Assembly (NCBI GenBank): GCA_964601355.1
Contig: CAZRNB010000001.1
Span: 825 to 64,824, forward strand
DNA: 64,000 nucleotides
Origin: an uncultured Pirellulales bacterium
Lineage (GTDB): Bacteria > Planctomycetota > Phycisphaerae > Sedimentisphaerales > Anaerobacaceae
Reading direction: 5' to 3'
In this document: positions 34,565-44,431 of the stretch, in pieces
Numbering within the stretch: position 1 is the stretch's first letter
How the letters are laid out: each line of letters opens with the position of its first letter
Notes under the pieces: generated by a model
What the model saw: the letters and a program-made list of their open reading frames with translations, nothing else
Database searches by the model: none
Told to the model about the DNA's origin: nothing
Position numbers and translations under genes: made by a program

Positions 34565-37283
34565 CTTGTAATAGGAGACAGGAGACAGGAGACAGAAGAC
34601 AGGAGTTAATATTCTGTATTCTGTATTCTGTATTCTGTATTCTTTCCTGAGCCAGTTTAGTTTTAATAACCAGGACGGCTACCGCCAGCTCCGGGTCCGC
34701 CGCTAAGGTCTCTTCGATAGTATGTCTTTTCGGCATCTCTCTGCCGGCGCCACGGTCGGCTTGAGATCCGTTAGAAGATTCTTTTCTGCCGGTTAGAGTA
34801 TTCTGATCCTCCCTTCGGGTCTGAGCCTCAGGGTCGAAGACTAACACGGTTTTTCTAACGGGTTGAACAAGCACGTCATTATCGCGCTGAATATCGAGCA
34901 TTTTCTTGAGATCATCACTTGTCAGCACTATTTCAACGTTTGGCCCGACACCCCAATCTTTGCCGCCCTGTTTTTCGACCTCATCTCGGCTTTTAACTCT
35001 TTGACCGGAAGGTAAATGATAGTATGCCATCGTATATTTTAGCTGTGCTCCGCCGCCTGGATATTCGGTTATTCCCTGTACGCTGCCTTTGCCATGCGTT
35101 CTTTCGCCGACCAGGACCGCCCGGTTGTGCATCTGGTCTGCTAAAGCTCCCGCTACAATTTCAGAAGCGCTGGCCGAGTCGGAATTAATCAATATGACCA
35201 GCGGATAATCCGGATGCGTCCCCTTGGCGTGCGCCGCTTTATAACTCGGCGTCCTGCCGAAGCCGGGTTGTGTTCTGACTATCAATCCCTCTTTTATGAA
35301 ATGGTCGGCCACATCCACGGCACTTTCCAGCAGACCCCCGGAATTGAATCGCAGGTCCAGGATAAGCCCTTTCAATCCTTCCTGCTCTAATTGACTTAAT
35401 ACCTTATCAAGCTCCACGGGAGCATCTGCGGAAAAGCTGGTAAGACGAACATAGCCGACTTTGTTCTGCTGGTCGATCATATACAGCCAGTCGCCTGTTC
35501 CAGTCCTTTGCCAGCCCCGAACCGATGAAACAGTTATCCTGGCTCTGGTAATGGTAATATCCTGAGTTTTTTCTTCGCCCGGCCGCTTAATCGTCAGCGT
35601 CACCTTCGTGCCTTTGGGGCCGGTGATTTTATGAACAGCGCATATAAGACTCATATCTTGCGCATCAAGGCCGTCCACCGCCGTTATCACGTCACCGGCG
35701 TCAAGACCGGCTTTATATGCCGGTGTATCCGGCAATAAGCTGGACACCGTCAACAGCCCTTTGGGTTTGGAAATCTCTATCCCAATGCCCGTGAACTCAT
35801 TGGTCATTATCTTCTCGAAATCCTGCACTTGCCTGGGCCATACTATAACCGTATAAGGATCAAGCGAAGATAATGCCGCTTCTGCAAACTGGGAAATCAG
35901 CACCTGCCGAGGCAGCTGAATCGTTACGGCGTTCAGTGACATTATTCTCTCAAAAATTTCTATGAACTTATCTTTAGTGAGCCCGGCAGACAAAGTAAGG
36001 CCCTGTATATGACCTCCGGTCGAGCTCGATGCGGCTTCAGCCTCGGACAATTCGTTAAGGCGGACAAGAGCAGCTGAGAAGGCGGCAAGCTCATTGGCAT
36101 CCACCCCCCGCAGCACTGTGGAGGATTGATTGGGCGATGAGCCTTCCACTGTGGGATTACTATCTTCACCCTCCGACATGGCCAAAGGTAACTGCCGACC
36201 GGCTTGAAAATATGTATTTACAATCTCGGCCAACAGCTCACAACGTTTGATAGCATCGGCAGTCATCCGGCTATAATCGATAGTATTGACGTAATGCGTA
36301 TCGAGCGCCTCTATCGTCCGAATGAACATCTCTTTTTTAATCCCCTGGAAACGTTCTTCGCGTGTTTCACAGGGACTGTCCTGAAGAGAAGCAATAATGC
36401 CGGCTTTATCCAAAAGCTGATCTGCATAATCTGAATAAGCCTCGTTGTTTGGATCAATTGCCTGCAGCCAAAAGTAGCAGGTTGTGTATGCTTCAAGATA
36501 TTTACCCTGAAGCTCAAGACCGGATGTCCTATCTATGGCCTTTTGAAAAACCTGTTTAACATAAGAATTAGATAATAGCTCCGCTTTCTGCGCATCATCT
36601 GCCAGCTCACCTGCCGCGGTGATAACAGAAAGCATTTTAATTATATCATTTACGTCGTTTACGTCGTTTGCGGAGGATTTAGAGGCCGAATCGTTGACGT
36701 GGATTCCTGCTAAGGGGGGTTCGTCGCTGCTGTGCATCTTGGCCTGAAGTTTCTCCAGCTCAGTTAACTGCTGCTGGTAAGCTGATTGCCGAGCTGATCG
36801 ACGCTGTCGATCTAAAGTCTGATACGCATCAATAATCTCCAACAACTGACGAATAGTTCCACTAAATCCACCTGCATTGCCCTGGTCGATTTGTTTCAGC
36901 AGCTCGCCGGCAAAATCGAATTTACCCTTGTAAATCAGTTCGCACGCTGCGCGGATAACGCTTAACGGCGATTCCGACACTTCATTAGCGTTTGGTTCCG
37001 CCGGGAGGGGCTTTGGAACTTCAGCAGGCGTTAGTTTATCCTGAAGTATGCTGTCAGCTGATACGTCAGCAGCAGGTGTTTCCAGGGCAATTAGCGGAGT
37101 TGAAAATCTATGCCCAAGAGATAGGATACCACGTGGAGTATCCCACAGTGGCCAGCAGAAGAACACCAAAAGAAAAGAGCATAGAAGCAGCAGGAACAAA
37201 GTGACTTTTACACTTTTAGCTCGATTGTCCTGCCAAAATAATTTTTTTAATCTTAACAACTGCAATGAACCGCTCCTTACCAA
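34542..37283 (-). CDS. S41-family C-terminal processing peptidase with PDZ domain and a long N-terminal extension
   Basis: PDZ (GIGIEISK...PAYKAGLDAGDVITAVDG) and S41 core (LILDLRFNSGGLL, INSDSASASEIVAGAL, GERTHGKGSVQ). TTG start, so uncertain. The C-terminal 30 aa are read through the family F repeat. Confidence 0.85.
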   Translation of the reverse strand: MVRSGSLQLLRLKKLFWQDNRAKSVKVTLFLLLLCSFLLVFFCWPLWDTPRGILSLGHRFSTPLIALETPAADVSADSILQDKLTPAEVPKPLPAEPNANEVSESPLSVIRAACELIYKGKFDFAGELLKQIDQGNAGGFSGTIRQLLEIIDAYQTLDRQRRSARQSAYQQQLTELEKLQAKMHSSDEPPLAGIHVNDSASKSSANDVNDVNDIIKMLSVITAAGELADDAQKAELLSNSYVKQVFQKAIDRTSGLELQGKYLEAYTTCYFWLQAIDPNNEAYSDYADQLLDKAGIIASLQDSPCETREERFQGIKKEMFIRTIEALDTHYVNTIDYSRMTADAIKRCELLAEIVNTYFQAGRQLPLAMSEGEDSNPTVEGSSPNQSSTVLRGVDANELAAFSAALVRLNELSEAEAASSSTGGHIQGLTLSAGLTKDKFIEIFERIMSLNAVTIQLPRQVLISQFAEAALSSLDPYTVIVWPRQVQDFEKIMTNEFTGIGIEISKPKGLLTVSSLLPDTPAYKAGLDAGDVITAVDGLDAQDMSLICAVHKITGPKGTKVTLTIKRPGEEKTQDITITRARITVSSVRGWQRTGTGDWLYMIDQQNKVGYVRLTSFSADAPVELDKVLSQLEQEGLKGLILDLRFNSGGLLESAVDVADHFIKEGLIVRTQPGFGRTPSYKAAHAKGTHPDYPLVILINSDSASASEIVAGALADQMHNRAVLVGERTHGKGSVQGITEYPGGGAQLKYTMAYYHLPSGQRVKSRDEVEKQGGKDWGVGPNVEIVLTSDDLKKMLDIQRDNDVLVQPVRKTVLVFDPEAQTRREDQNTLTGRKESSNGSQADRGAGREMPKRHTIEETLAADPELAVAVLVIKTKLAQERIQNTEYRIQNINSCLLSPVSCLLLQDARYKTR
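34574..34642. repeat. hairpin element, family F (GGAGACA / TTCTGTA 7-mer arms)
   Basis: ggagacaggagacaggagacagaagacaggag-ttaat-attctgtattctgtattctgtattctgtattc. Arms pair with G-T wobbles. Related long copy at 62724-62826. Confidence 0.8.
37124..37151. repeat. short copy of the GGATACC...GTATCC element inside the S41 peptidase ORF
   Basis: ggataccacgtggagtatcccacagtgg encodes WDTPRGIL in the N-terminal membrane-proximal region. Confidence 0.6.
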
Positions 37284-37290
37284 GGTATCT

Positions 37291-37363
37291 GGTAATTGGT
37301 GAGTGGTTAATTGGTTAAATGGTTAATTGGTTAATTAACCACTCACCGCTCACCATTTAACCA
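37291..37363. repeat. hairpin element, family E (GGTTAAT 7-8-mer arms)
   Basis: ggtaattggtgagtggttaattggttaaatggttaattggttaatt|aaccactcaccgctcaccatttaacc, 3' of fba. Confidence 0.75.
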
Positions 37364-37365
37364 GT

Positions 37366-38310
37366 TTACAAACACTCCGCCGCTTTGCCGGCACAACCGA
37401 GGACGTGCAGTTTATGCCTGACCATCTTCTCGATAGCCTCTCTGCCCGGGCCGAGGTACTTACGGGGGTCAAACTCACCCGGCTTTTCCGCAAAGACCTG
37501 CCTGATTTTAGCCGTCAGCGCCAGTCTCAAATCCGTATCAATATTAACCTTGCAGATGGCCATCTTTGCAGCTCTGCTGATTGCTTCTTCCGGCACGCCC
37601 ATAGCATTGGGCATTTTGCCGCCGTACTTGTTAATAAGGTCAACGAACTCTTTTAGCACAGTGCTTGCGCCGTGCATTACCAGCGGAAAGCCGGGCAGCC
37701 TGTCGGCTATCTCCTGTATTACGTCGAAAGCTAATTTGGGTTCACTTTTGAACTTATAAGCCCCATGACTTGTGCCGCAGGCCACCGCCAGCGAATCACA
37801 GCCGCTCTTTTCCACAAACTCTTCCACCTGATCCGGGTCAGCCAGGTGTTTATGCACATCGTCAACGCTGACCACGTCCTCTTCAATACCGCCCAATTGG
37901 CCAAGCTCAGCCTCAACGCATACGTCCCTTGCGTGCGCATATTGAACCACCTTTTTAGTAATCTCGATGTTTTCTTTAAACGGTCGGCTCGAAGCGTCAA
38001 TCATCACTGAGGTGAAACCATCATCCACGAATTGTTTGCACGTCTCAAAGGAATCACCATGGTCGAGATTTGTGGCTATGGGTATGCCGGGATTTTCTTC
38101 AACTACCACATTGATAATCGCCTTAAGATAGCTATTCTTTGCATAATCACGGGCGCCCCTGGATATCTGCAAAATAAGCGGGGCTTTTTCCGCACCTGTG
38201 GCAGCAATAATACCCTGCGTTATTTCCATATTGTTCACGTTGAAGGCCCCAACTGCATAGCCATTTTTATAAGCCATCTCGAACATCTTTCTTGTATTAA
38301 CCAACGGCAT
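37366..38310 (-). CDS. fba: class II fructose-1,6-bisphosphate aldolase
   Basis: GYAVGAFNVNNME, LDHG, HGASTV and the TDLR-type motifs. The ATG at 38310 has an AAGGAGA RBS; the ORF-track start is 38337. Confidence 0.9.
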   Translation of the reverse strand: MPLVNTRKMFEMAYKNGYAVGAFNVNNMEITQGIIAATGAEKAPLILQISRGARDYAKNSYLKAIINVVVEENPGIPIATNLDHGDSFETCKQFVDDGFTSVMIDASSRPFKENIEITKKVVQYAHARDVCVEAELGQLGGIEEDVVSVDDVHKHLADPDQVEEFVEKSGCDSLAVACGTSHGAYKFKSEPKLAFDVIQEIADRLPGFPLVMHGASTVLKEFVDLINKYGGKMPNAMGVPEEAISRAAKMAICKVNIDTDLRLALTAKIRQVFAEKPGEFDPRKYLGPGREAIEKMVRHKLHVLGCAGKAAECL

Positions 38311-38343
38311 AATTGTCTCCTTAAATATGGACGTCATTTTGAA

Positions 38344-38406
38344 CGTTCATTGTTATGAGTTCATAGTTCATCGATGAACAATGAACAGCGGACAATGAAC
38401 AACGAA
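38344..38406. repeat. hairpin element, family B
   Basis: gttcattgttatgagttcatagttcatcg|atgaacaatgaacagcggacaatgaacaacgaac, between the LptD-like gene and fba. Confidence 0.75.
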
Positions 38407-38411
38407 CATAG

Positions 38412-41400
38412 TTAATAGTTTACCGGACTGCCAACTTCCATATATCTTCTTGATCCCAGCGTTAGCTCCGCCAAACCTTCAGGCCATAAGCTAAATACCA
38501 CTGAATGGTCGTTCATCGACTCATCCACGCCATACGTCAAAGCAAAATTAACCCTGTGATATTTTCTCACGAGCGTTACTTCGCTGCGGACGTTTTGGCC
38601 GTAGTCGAAATCATACTGCTGTGAGAAGACGGCCGTATAACGCGGATCGAGCACATACGTAGCTGCGAAAGTAAAGGCGTTCGAGCCTTCCTGGCCGAGA
38701 CCGTTTTCGAACCGTTTTAAATATCTGCTTCCTATGTAATAACTTAAATTAGGCCAGCGCAGAACTGAAACGCCGATATTAAACTGCTGCACAACTCCGC
38801 TTTGCATATCATAATTCAAATCGCTCAATATCGCCGTAACATCGCTCAGATTCCATATATAGTCCGCCGAGAAGTAATTGCGCCTTGGACCGAAGTTGTC
38901 ACTGCTGCGTCTGTCCACCGGCGGTATCAAGGCCTGGCCAAATTTGCTGCTGTATCTATTTGCTAAGGGGATAAACGGCTTATTCCAGATGAATCTGTCC
39001 GGCCCTGCGGATGCGTCATCTGAGTTATTTACCCATGTCACATCCGTATCCAGCCGCATCCAGTCAACGGTTCGCTCCTTGTCGCCGGCGCCTCGCTTTG
39101 TCTGCAGCCGCTGAGAAAGACCAATGTTCAGCGTATCTCGCTGCTCAATAACCGATTCATCCTGAGCAAAAGCAACGGCTGTCAGCCGTGGACTTATAAC
39201 GTGCCGCAAGCCGTTCAAATCCCAAAGACGCGACTTTGCATTTGGATAAATCTTCCAAAAAGGCTGCGTTGCCGCACGCATACCCGCCTCACCGAGCCAG
39301 ACGGCATTTTCTGCCGGCTCAGCAGAGCCGTCGATATTGGTTCTGAAGCCGCTGCCGTCGTCATATCCGAATGTCCCCGCCAGGAAAGGCACAACTTTTG
39401 ATCTGCCCAAAACCATCGGCAGGTCCATCTCATTTCTTGTTGAAGCAAACGTGTAAAAATCATTCAAGGCGGCTGATGAATCGCTGGTACCTAAACGCTG
39501 ACGAAACTGGTCAAACTGGGTATCACTATAGAACGTCAGCGTATCGTTACGAAAAGATTGACCCGTCCAGTGAAACTCGGCGCCGGGCAGCTCCTCTACT
39601 ACGTTTTGAAAATCATTCATCCGAGCTTTGCCCAAAAAAGCCAGAGCCCAATTATCTTCGATGCGCTTTAAATAAAGAGCTGTCTCCTGCTCTTTATCGG
39701 TATAGAACTCGCCGCGATAAAACTGCTCTATAAAATTCTCATCGGAAATATAGCTTGCCTCAGCGGTTAGCTGCCAGTTGTACGGCAGAAAGTGCCTGTG
39801 CTGCCAACTGAACCGGCCGCGCAGGTCGCGCGGCGGCTCAAGGTCTCTACGGCTGCCGGCCCTTCCAAGCCTGTCCTCACCGGAGTCACTAATTATATAA
39901 CCCAACATTCTGCCGAAATATTTTTCTCTTTCGTAACTAATCTCTGCACCGCTGCCTAAGCCGCGCTTACTATAATAATCCAAAGAAACAGTGCTATCCG
40001 TCCCTTCAGACTCATGCAGACCCAGCAGCCGGGCCAGGTACCATTGAGTCTCAATCGACGTTCCCCAGGTGCTGTCATTACCGACACTAACACTTTTAAG
40101 CGGAACATCGGGCCTTTGAAGATTACTCCGCACGTATGGCCAATAAAAAAACGTTTTATCATACACCTTAAATCGCACATCCTTCATCTCTGCGTCGAAG
40201 CTGTCATCAGAAAGCCTGCCGCTTCGCTCATCAACAGGCGTAGTATCTGTAATACTTATTTTCGAAGCGTTAACTGAAAGCTGCGGCAGATAAAATTCGC
40301 TTGTTGTCAGGGTAATATCGTCAGCCGTAAATGTATTTTCCGCCAGCTGTTTTAGCTTTGCCGCTCTGATATAAATCGGTATCCCCCTGGATGCATCAAA
40401 GGTCCTGGCTACCGCATTTATCGCAAGGGCTTGTTTCCGGTGGAAATCATAGTAAATCTCGTCCGCCCGGATCGTTCGCTGCCCCTCTGTCATCACTACG
40501 TCACCGGACAGATAAATCGCCTGCACCTTCCCGGTTGCCAAAACATCCTCGATACCACCGGTTTGGCCGGAACCTTCATAAGTCTGCTCGGCAAAAAATA
40601 TAACTGCATTATCCGCCTGCAATTCCAGCAGACGGCCGGATTCATCCTGTTTTTGCCACAGATAAAACCTGCCGATAACTGTTCCGATCTTTGCTTTAAC
40701 GTCCCATTCTATTCGCGGCGCAACACCTCCGGCAGGCGATAGATTGATCGGATACAAAAAATAAGGTTTCTTTTCCTGCGGCGTAATAGGCAGCACCTCT
40801 TCAGACTCCAGGCCCTCTTCTGGCGGCGTCAAAATCGGCTTGAGCTGAGGCTCCGCAGGACCGACGGCGGCAAAGGCTTTTACATACAGCTCCAAACCAC
40901 GGGGATCCTCGGCTTCTCTTTTTTCCGCCGTCACAAAGACTTCGCCTCTGAAGCCGAAACTAACTACCGTGGCTGTGCCCTGTTCAATCAGGACCTTCTT
41001 CAAAAAGATAGGCTCGGTATCTTTAGCCTCTTCGGCTGATATATTGCCCTGCAAATACATCCTCACTTCGTAACCAGTGGCTAAGCCACCAGCTAACGCG
41101 CTGTCTTCGCGCTTAGTCACGACATTTGTAAGCCAGACAACGGCACTATCGCTCTTTAACATGGTATCGCCGAAAACAAACGAAAAGCCCTTTTGGAAAA
41201 CAAGAATGTGCTCGTTTCCCCTTTCAGTGCTTATCTGATGACTTACAACCTCCCGCCCGGCCAAGTGCAAATTCCGACCGATAAAAACCAGCTTTGCATC
41301 TTTATTACCGGCGAACGATAACTCCATCGGCAGCAAAATTATAATTGTAAAAAGAGTAAAAATGACTGGTTTTCTTTGTCCCATACTAACCTTAACTAAT

Positions 41401-41438
41401 TTCGTTATGCGTCGTGCGAAGAAATTGGGCAATCCCAC
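38412..41438 (-). CDS. large outer-membrane protein, LptD/OstA-like
   Basis: Signal/anchor at the N-terminus and OstA-like beta-jellyroll segments (ADNAVIFF...GDVVMTEGQRTIRADEIYYDF). The long C-terminal region is rich in alternating aromatic beta-strand patterns and ends in an aromatic residue (VNY). Start possibly at 41384. Confidence 0.5.
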   Translation of the reverse strand: MGLPNFFARRITKLVKVSMGQRKPVIFTLFTIIILLPMELSFAGNKDAKLVFIGRNLHLAGREVVSHQISTERGNEHILVFQKGFSFVFGDTMLKSDSAVVWLTNVVTKREDSALAGGLATGYEVRMYLQGNISAEEAKDTEPIFLKKVLIEQGTATVVSFGFRGEVFVTAEKREAEDPRGLELYVKAFAAVGPAEPQLKPILTPPEEGLESEEVLPITPQEKKPYFLYPINLSPAGGVAPRIEWDVKAKIGTVIGRFYLWQKQDESGRLLELQADNAVIFFAEQTYEGSGQTGGIEDVLATGKVQAIYLSGDVVMTEGQRTIRADEIYYDFHRKQALAINAVARTFDASRGIPIYIRAAKLKQLAENTFTADDITLTTSEFYLPQLSVNASKISITDTTPVDERSGRLSDDSFDAEMKDVRFKVYDKTFFYWPYVRSNLQRPDVPLKSVSVGNDSTWGTSIETQWYLARLLGLHESEGTDSTVSLDYYSKRGLGSGAEISYEREKYFGRMLGYIISDSGEDRLGRAGSRRDLEPPRDLRGRFSWQHRHFLPYNWQLTAEASYISDENFIEQFYRGEFYTDKEQETALYLKRIEDNWALAFLGKARMNDFQNVVEELPGAEFHWTGQSFRNDTLTFYSDTQFDQFRQRLGTSDSSAALNDFYTFASTRNEMDLPMVLGRSKVVPFLAGTFGYDDGSGFRTNIDGSAEPAENAVWLGEAGMRAATQPFWKIYPNAKSRLWDLNGLRHVISPRLTAVAFAQDESVIEQRDTLNIGLSQRLQTKRGAGDKERTVDWMRLDTDVTWVNNSDDASAGPDRFIWNKPFIPLANRYSSKFGQALIPPVDRRSSDNFGPRRNYFSADYIWNLSDVTAILSDLNYDMQSGVVQQFNIGVSVLRWPNLSYYIGSRYLKRFENGLGQEGSNAFTFAATYVLDPRYTAVFSQQYDFDYGQNVRSEVTLVRKYHRVNFALTYGVDESMNDHSVVFSLWPEGLAELTLGSRRYMEVGSPVNY

Positions 41439-41573
41439 TCACGCAATACGCATCACGAATTATAGCTGCTAATTCGACCAACGCCAGAAAAAATCATTAC
41501 TATAATATCGACAGCTTGATTTAAATATAATTATCATTTAAAAATGATTTCCTGAATAGACAAGAGGATTGCT

Positions 41574-41855
41574 ATGGCGAAAAATGAGTATTCAGACTAT
41601 CAGAAAAAAGTTATATCAGGCTATTACGACAACCTTAATGCGATAATGCTCCAGAAATTAAGCGAGCTTGTAACAGAATTGTACTTAGCCGATTCGCAGG
41701 CCAGGAAAGACCGGCTCTGGCAAAGGGCCAACAAGGCCATGTTAAATCTAAAAATCCCGCCCGCAATCATCAATCATATTATGCAGAAAAAAGACGTGGA
41801 AGTTTTAGCCAAAAACCTCCAGGACTGGCTTGCCACAGCAAAAAAGAAAAAATAA
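41574..41855 (+). CDS. hypothetical small helical protein
   Basis: 93-aa ORF with a clear ATG and a Lys-rich tail. No family recognised. Confidence 0.55.
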   Translation: MAKNEYSDYQKKVISGYYDNLNAIMLQKLSELVTELYLADSQARKDRLWQRANKAMLNLKIPPAIINHIMQKKDVEVLAKNLQDWLATAKKKK

Positions 41856-41862
41856 AAAGAAC

Positions 41863-41889
41863 TATCCGTCGCCGTGCTGGCGACGGATA
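41863..41889. terminator. perfect 11-bp stem-loop after the 93-aa ORF
   Basis: tatccgtcgcc-gtgct-ggcgacggata. A T-run is present only on the minus-strand side (gttcttttta). Confidence 0.5.
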
Positions 41890-42019
41890 AACTTAGCCTT
41901 TGCTTTAGTATAGTTGCGTTGATATACTATCACCATGCCTTCCCAAGTGGGATGGAATTTTCGATTTTTACTATTAACAAAATACTGATTACTAACGACT
42001 AATTCCGGTGGAGGCAAAT

Positions 42020-43156
42020 ATGTCCGAAGGTTATCCTGAAACAGCGAAGGTCTATCCAACTGAAAAACTGGGTCAGCTCAGCATCCTCGATATGCTTGTC
42101 TATTTTGAGCAGCACGGAGCGCTGCGAGTCTCAGACCTGCACCTCAAAGTCGGCGCACCGCCCACGTACCGCATTGACGGCGACCTGGTAAAACTCAAAG
42201 GCCCATCCGTAACTGCGGATATGGCAGCACGCCTTATTTACCCCCTTATAAGCGATGCAAATTTGAAAAAGTACCAAAGCAAAAACAGCGTCGATTGCTC
42301 CTATCGGCTTCGCTCGCTGCAATTCAGAATAAATATCTTCAAAGAAAATGACGGGATAGCCGCAGCCATCCGGGCATTATCGCTGGACGTTCCAAAAATC
42401 GAAGACATCGGCTTCCCAAACAATGTCTGGGAGGATATTCTCGACCTCAAGCAAGGTCTGGTCCTCTTAACCGGCATCACCGGCGCCGGCAAATCTACAA
42501 CAATCGCATCATTTATCGGCAGAATCAGCGAAAAACACGCCTGTCGGATGATAACCGTTGAGGACCCGATAGAATACATCTTCCAGCAGAAATATTCGAT
42601 TATCTCCCAAAGGGAGGTTGGAAGGGACGTCAAATCCTTCATTGAGGGACTGAAAGAAATGATGCGGGAGGACCCGGACGTGATATTCGTCGGCGAAATG
42701 CGAGACCCCGAGACCATAGCCATGACGCTTATGGCCGCCGAGACCGGCCATTTAGTCTTTTCCACGCTGCACACCAGAGATGCGACCGGCACAGTGTCAC
42801 GAATCCTGGACTATTTCCCGTCCGGCAGGCAGCAGGAAGTGCGAAATCAGCTCTCGCTCGGACTTGCCTACATCATCAGTCAAAAGCTCATACCGAAAAA
42901 AGACGGCACGGGCAGGATCGCCGCGATAGAAATCCTCAATAACAATTACGCCTGCGCCAACCTGATTCGCATCGGCAAGATAGAACAATTATATTCACAA
43001 TTGCAGACAAAGACGCGAGAAAAACCCGATGAAAAAATGATAACGATGGAAAAGCATCTGGCGATGCTGGTAAAGCAGGACAAAATCGACCTGCTCGAAG
43101 CCAAAAAGTGGGCCAACGATCTTAAAGCCTTCACCGACTGTATGCAGCGAGAATAA
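42020..43156 (+). CDS. pilT: type IV pilus retraction ATPase PilT
   Basis: Walker A GITGAGKST, Asp box ITVEDPIE, Walker B-like FVGEMRD, His box TGHLVFSTLHT. The ATG at 42020 follows GGAGG. Confidence 0.9.
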   Translation: MSEGYPETAKVYPTEKLGQLSILDMLVYFEQHGALRVSDLHLKVGAPPTYRIDGDLVKLKGPSVTADMAARLIYPLISDANLKKYQSKNSVDCSYRLRSLQFRINIFKENDGIAAAIRALSLDVPKIEDIGFPNNVWEDILDLKQGLVLLTGITGAGKSTTIASFIGRISEKHACRMITVEDPIEYIFQQKYSIISQREVGRDVKSFIEGLKEMMREDPDVIFVGEMRDPETIAMTLMAAETGHLVFSTLHTRDATGTVSRILDYFPSGRQQEVRNQLSLGLAYIISQKLIPKKDGTGRIAAIEILNNNYACANLIRIGKIEQLYSQLQTKTREKPDEKMITMEKHLAMLVKQDKIDLLEAKKWANDLKAFTDCMQRE

Positions 43157-43176
43157 ATACGTTGTGCGTCTTATAA

Positions 43177-43263
43177 GTGCCTAAAGTGAGCTAAAGTGTC
43201 TAAAGTGAACTAAAGTTGTTGTTCTTAACTTTAGGCACTTTTAACTTTAGTCACTTTAGTCAC
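43177..43263. repeat. hairpin element, family D (CTAAAGTG 9-10-mer arms)
   Basis: gtgcctaaagtgagctaaagtgtctaaagtgaactaaagt-loop-aactttaggcacttttaactttagtcactttagtcac, 3' of pilT. Second copy at 60681-60789. Confidence 0.8.
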
Positions 43264-43310
43264 CGGCCCTTCGTATTAACAATGAACAATAAACTTTTTG
43301 CGGAGCGGGA

Positions 43311-43343
43311 CGAGTATCGAGTATCCAGCATCGAGTATCGAGT
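43311..43343. repeat. tandem 7-mers (GAGTATC/CAGCATC) abutting the start codon at 43344, preceded by a core remnant GCGGAG
   Basis: gcggagcgggacgagtatcgagtatccagcatcgagtatcgagt-ATG. Confidence 0.6.
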
Positions 43344-44237
43344 ATGACCATAGAATTTAACTGTCCCTATTGCGAGGCTCTGATTGCCTTCGACAGCAAA
43401 CACTGCGGCAAACGCGCACGATGCTTAACCTGCGGACAGCTCTTCATAATACCTTCTAAAGACTTTGAAAAAGCGGAGAAAATTAAGCCTAAAATTGAAA
43501 GAGCTGAACCACTGCCCGGCTTTTACCGAGCCGTATTTGTCGGAAGCTGGAAGTTATTCATCAATCCAGAAAACGCAACCTCAATTGTGTTCGTTTTCGT
43601 AGCGATATGCTTTAAATTTCTTTTCGGCAGAGGGATATGCTGTATGAATCATATCTCATTTATAGTTGTCTGGGGCTGGCTGCTGGGATTCTACCTGAAT
43701 ATTATCTATGAGACGGCATACGAGATAGATAAGCTGCCAAAAATTTACCTCGGTACAAGCATTACATTTCTGTGGTACATTATTAAGCCGCTTTTTATTT
43801 TCTTATGGACTATGGCGTTCTTGGAGCTTCCATTTATTATCACACTGAGCATCTTACAAAATAAGAATTTGACTGTCGAAAATATGTGGCGGTTAGGAAT
43901 CGGACTACAATTGCTGCTTCAAACTCTATTTATTCTTGGCTTATTCCTTTTTCCAATGGCGATATTAACTATTGCGGTCGGTAGAGACATCACCTTATTA
44001 AGGCCTGATTACGTTTTCAAGCCGGTTTTTAGAAAACCTGGGCCGTATTCAGTATCCGTGCTACTACTTGCCACTGCGGCTATTATTGAGATGCAAACGA
44101 GGTCATTTACCGGTATAAATCTTACTGTAGATGTGGTCTATTTAATGTTGGACCTTTCAGCCCAGGTGATTGCCATCATTTCTATGCGTGCGATCGGCCT
44201 ATTCTATCGCCACTATAGCTGTCATTTTGCATGGTAA
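43344..44237 (+). CDS. membrane protein with an N-terminal zinc ribbon
   Basis: CPYC...17 aa...CLTC zinc-ribbon pattern, then about 6 hydrophobic helices (DUF4013-like architecture). Confidence 0.6.
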   Translation: MTIEFNCPYCEALIAFDSKHCGKRARCLTCGQLFIIPSKDFEKAEKIKPKIERAEPLPGFYRAVFVGSWKLFINPENATSIVFVFVAICFKFLFGRGICCMNHISFIVVWGWLLGFYLNIIYETAYEIDKLPKIYLGTSITFLWYIIKPLFIFLWTMAFLELPFIITLSILQNKNLTVENMWRLGIGLQLLLQTLFILGLFLFPMAILTIAVGRDITLLRPDYVFKPVFRKPGPYSVSVLLLATAAIIEMQTRSFTGINLTVDVVYLMLDLSAQVIAIISMRAIGLFYRHYSCHFAW

Positions 44238-44292
44238 AATACGGATGATACCAGGCAAATTAGACTTGACGCAAGTAATTGAGAAACATAGT

Positions 44293-44376
44293 ATTTAGAG
44301 TAAGAGAATTTTGAATTTAGAATGTAGAATCCAGAAAATTCAATTCTCAATTCATCATTCTTAATTCTTAATTCTA
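44293..44376. repeat. hairpin element, family A
   Basis: atttagagtaagagaattttgaatttagaatgtagaat-loop-attcaattctcaattcatcattcttaattcttaattct. Confidence 0.75.
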
Positions 44377-44431
44377 CCGAAATGACCCTGTTCATCTGAT
44401 AACCTGATTTCCTTTTTAGGCATTTAGACTT

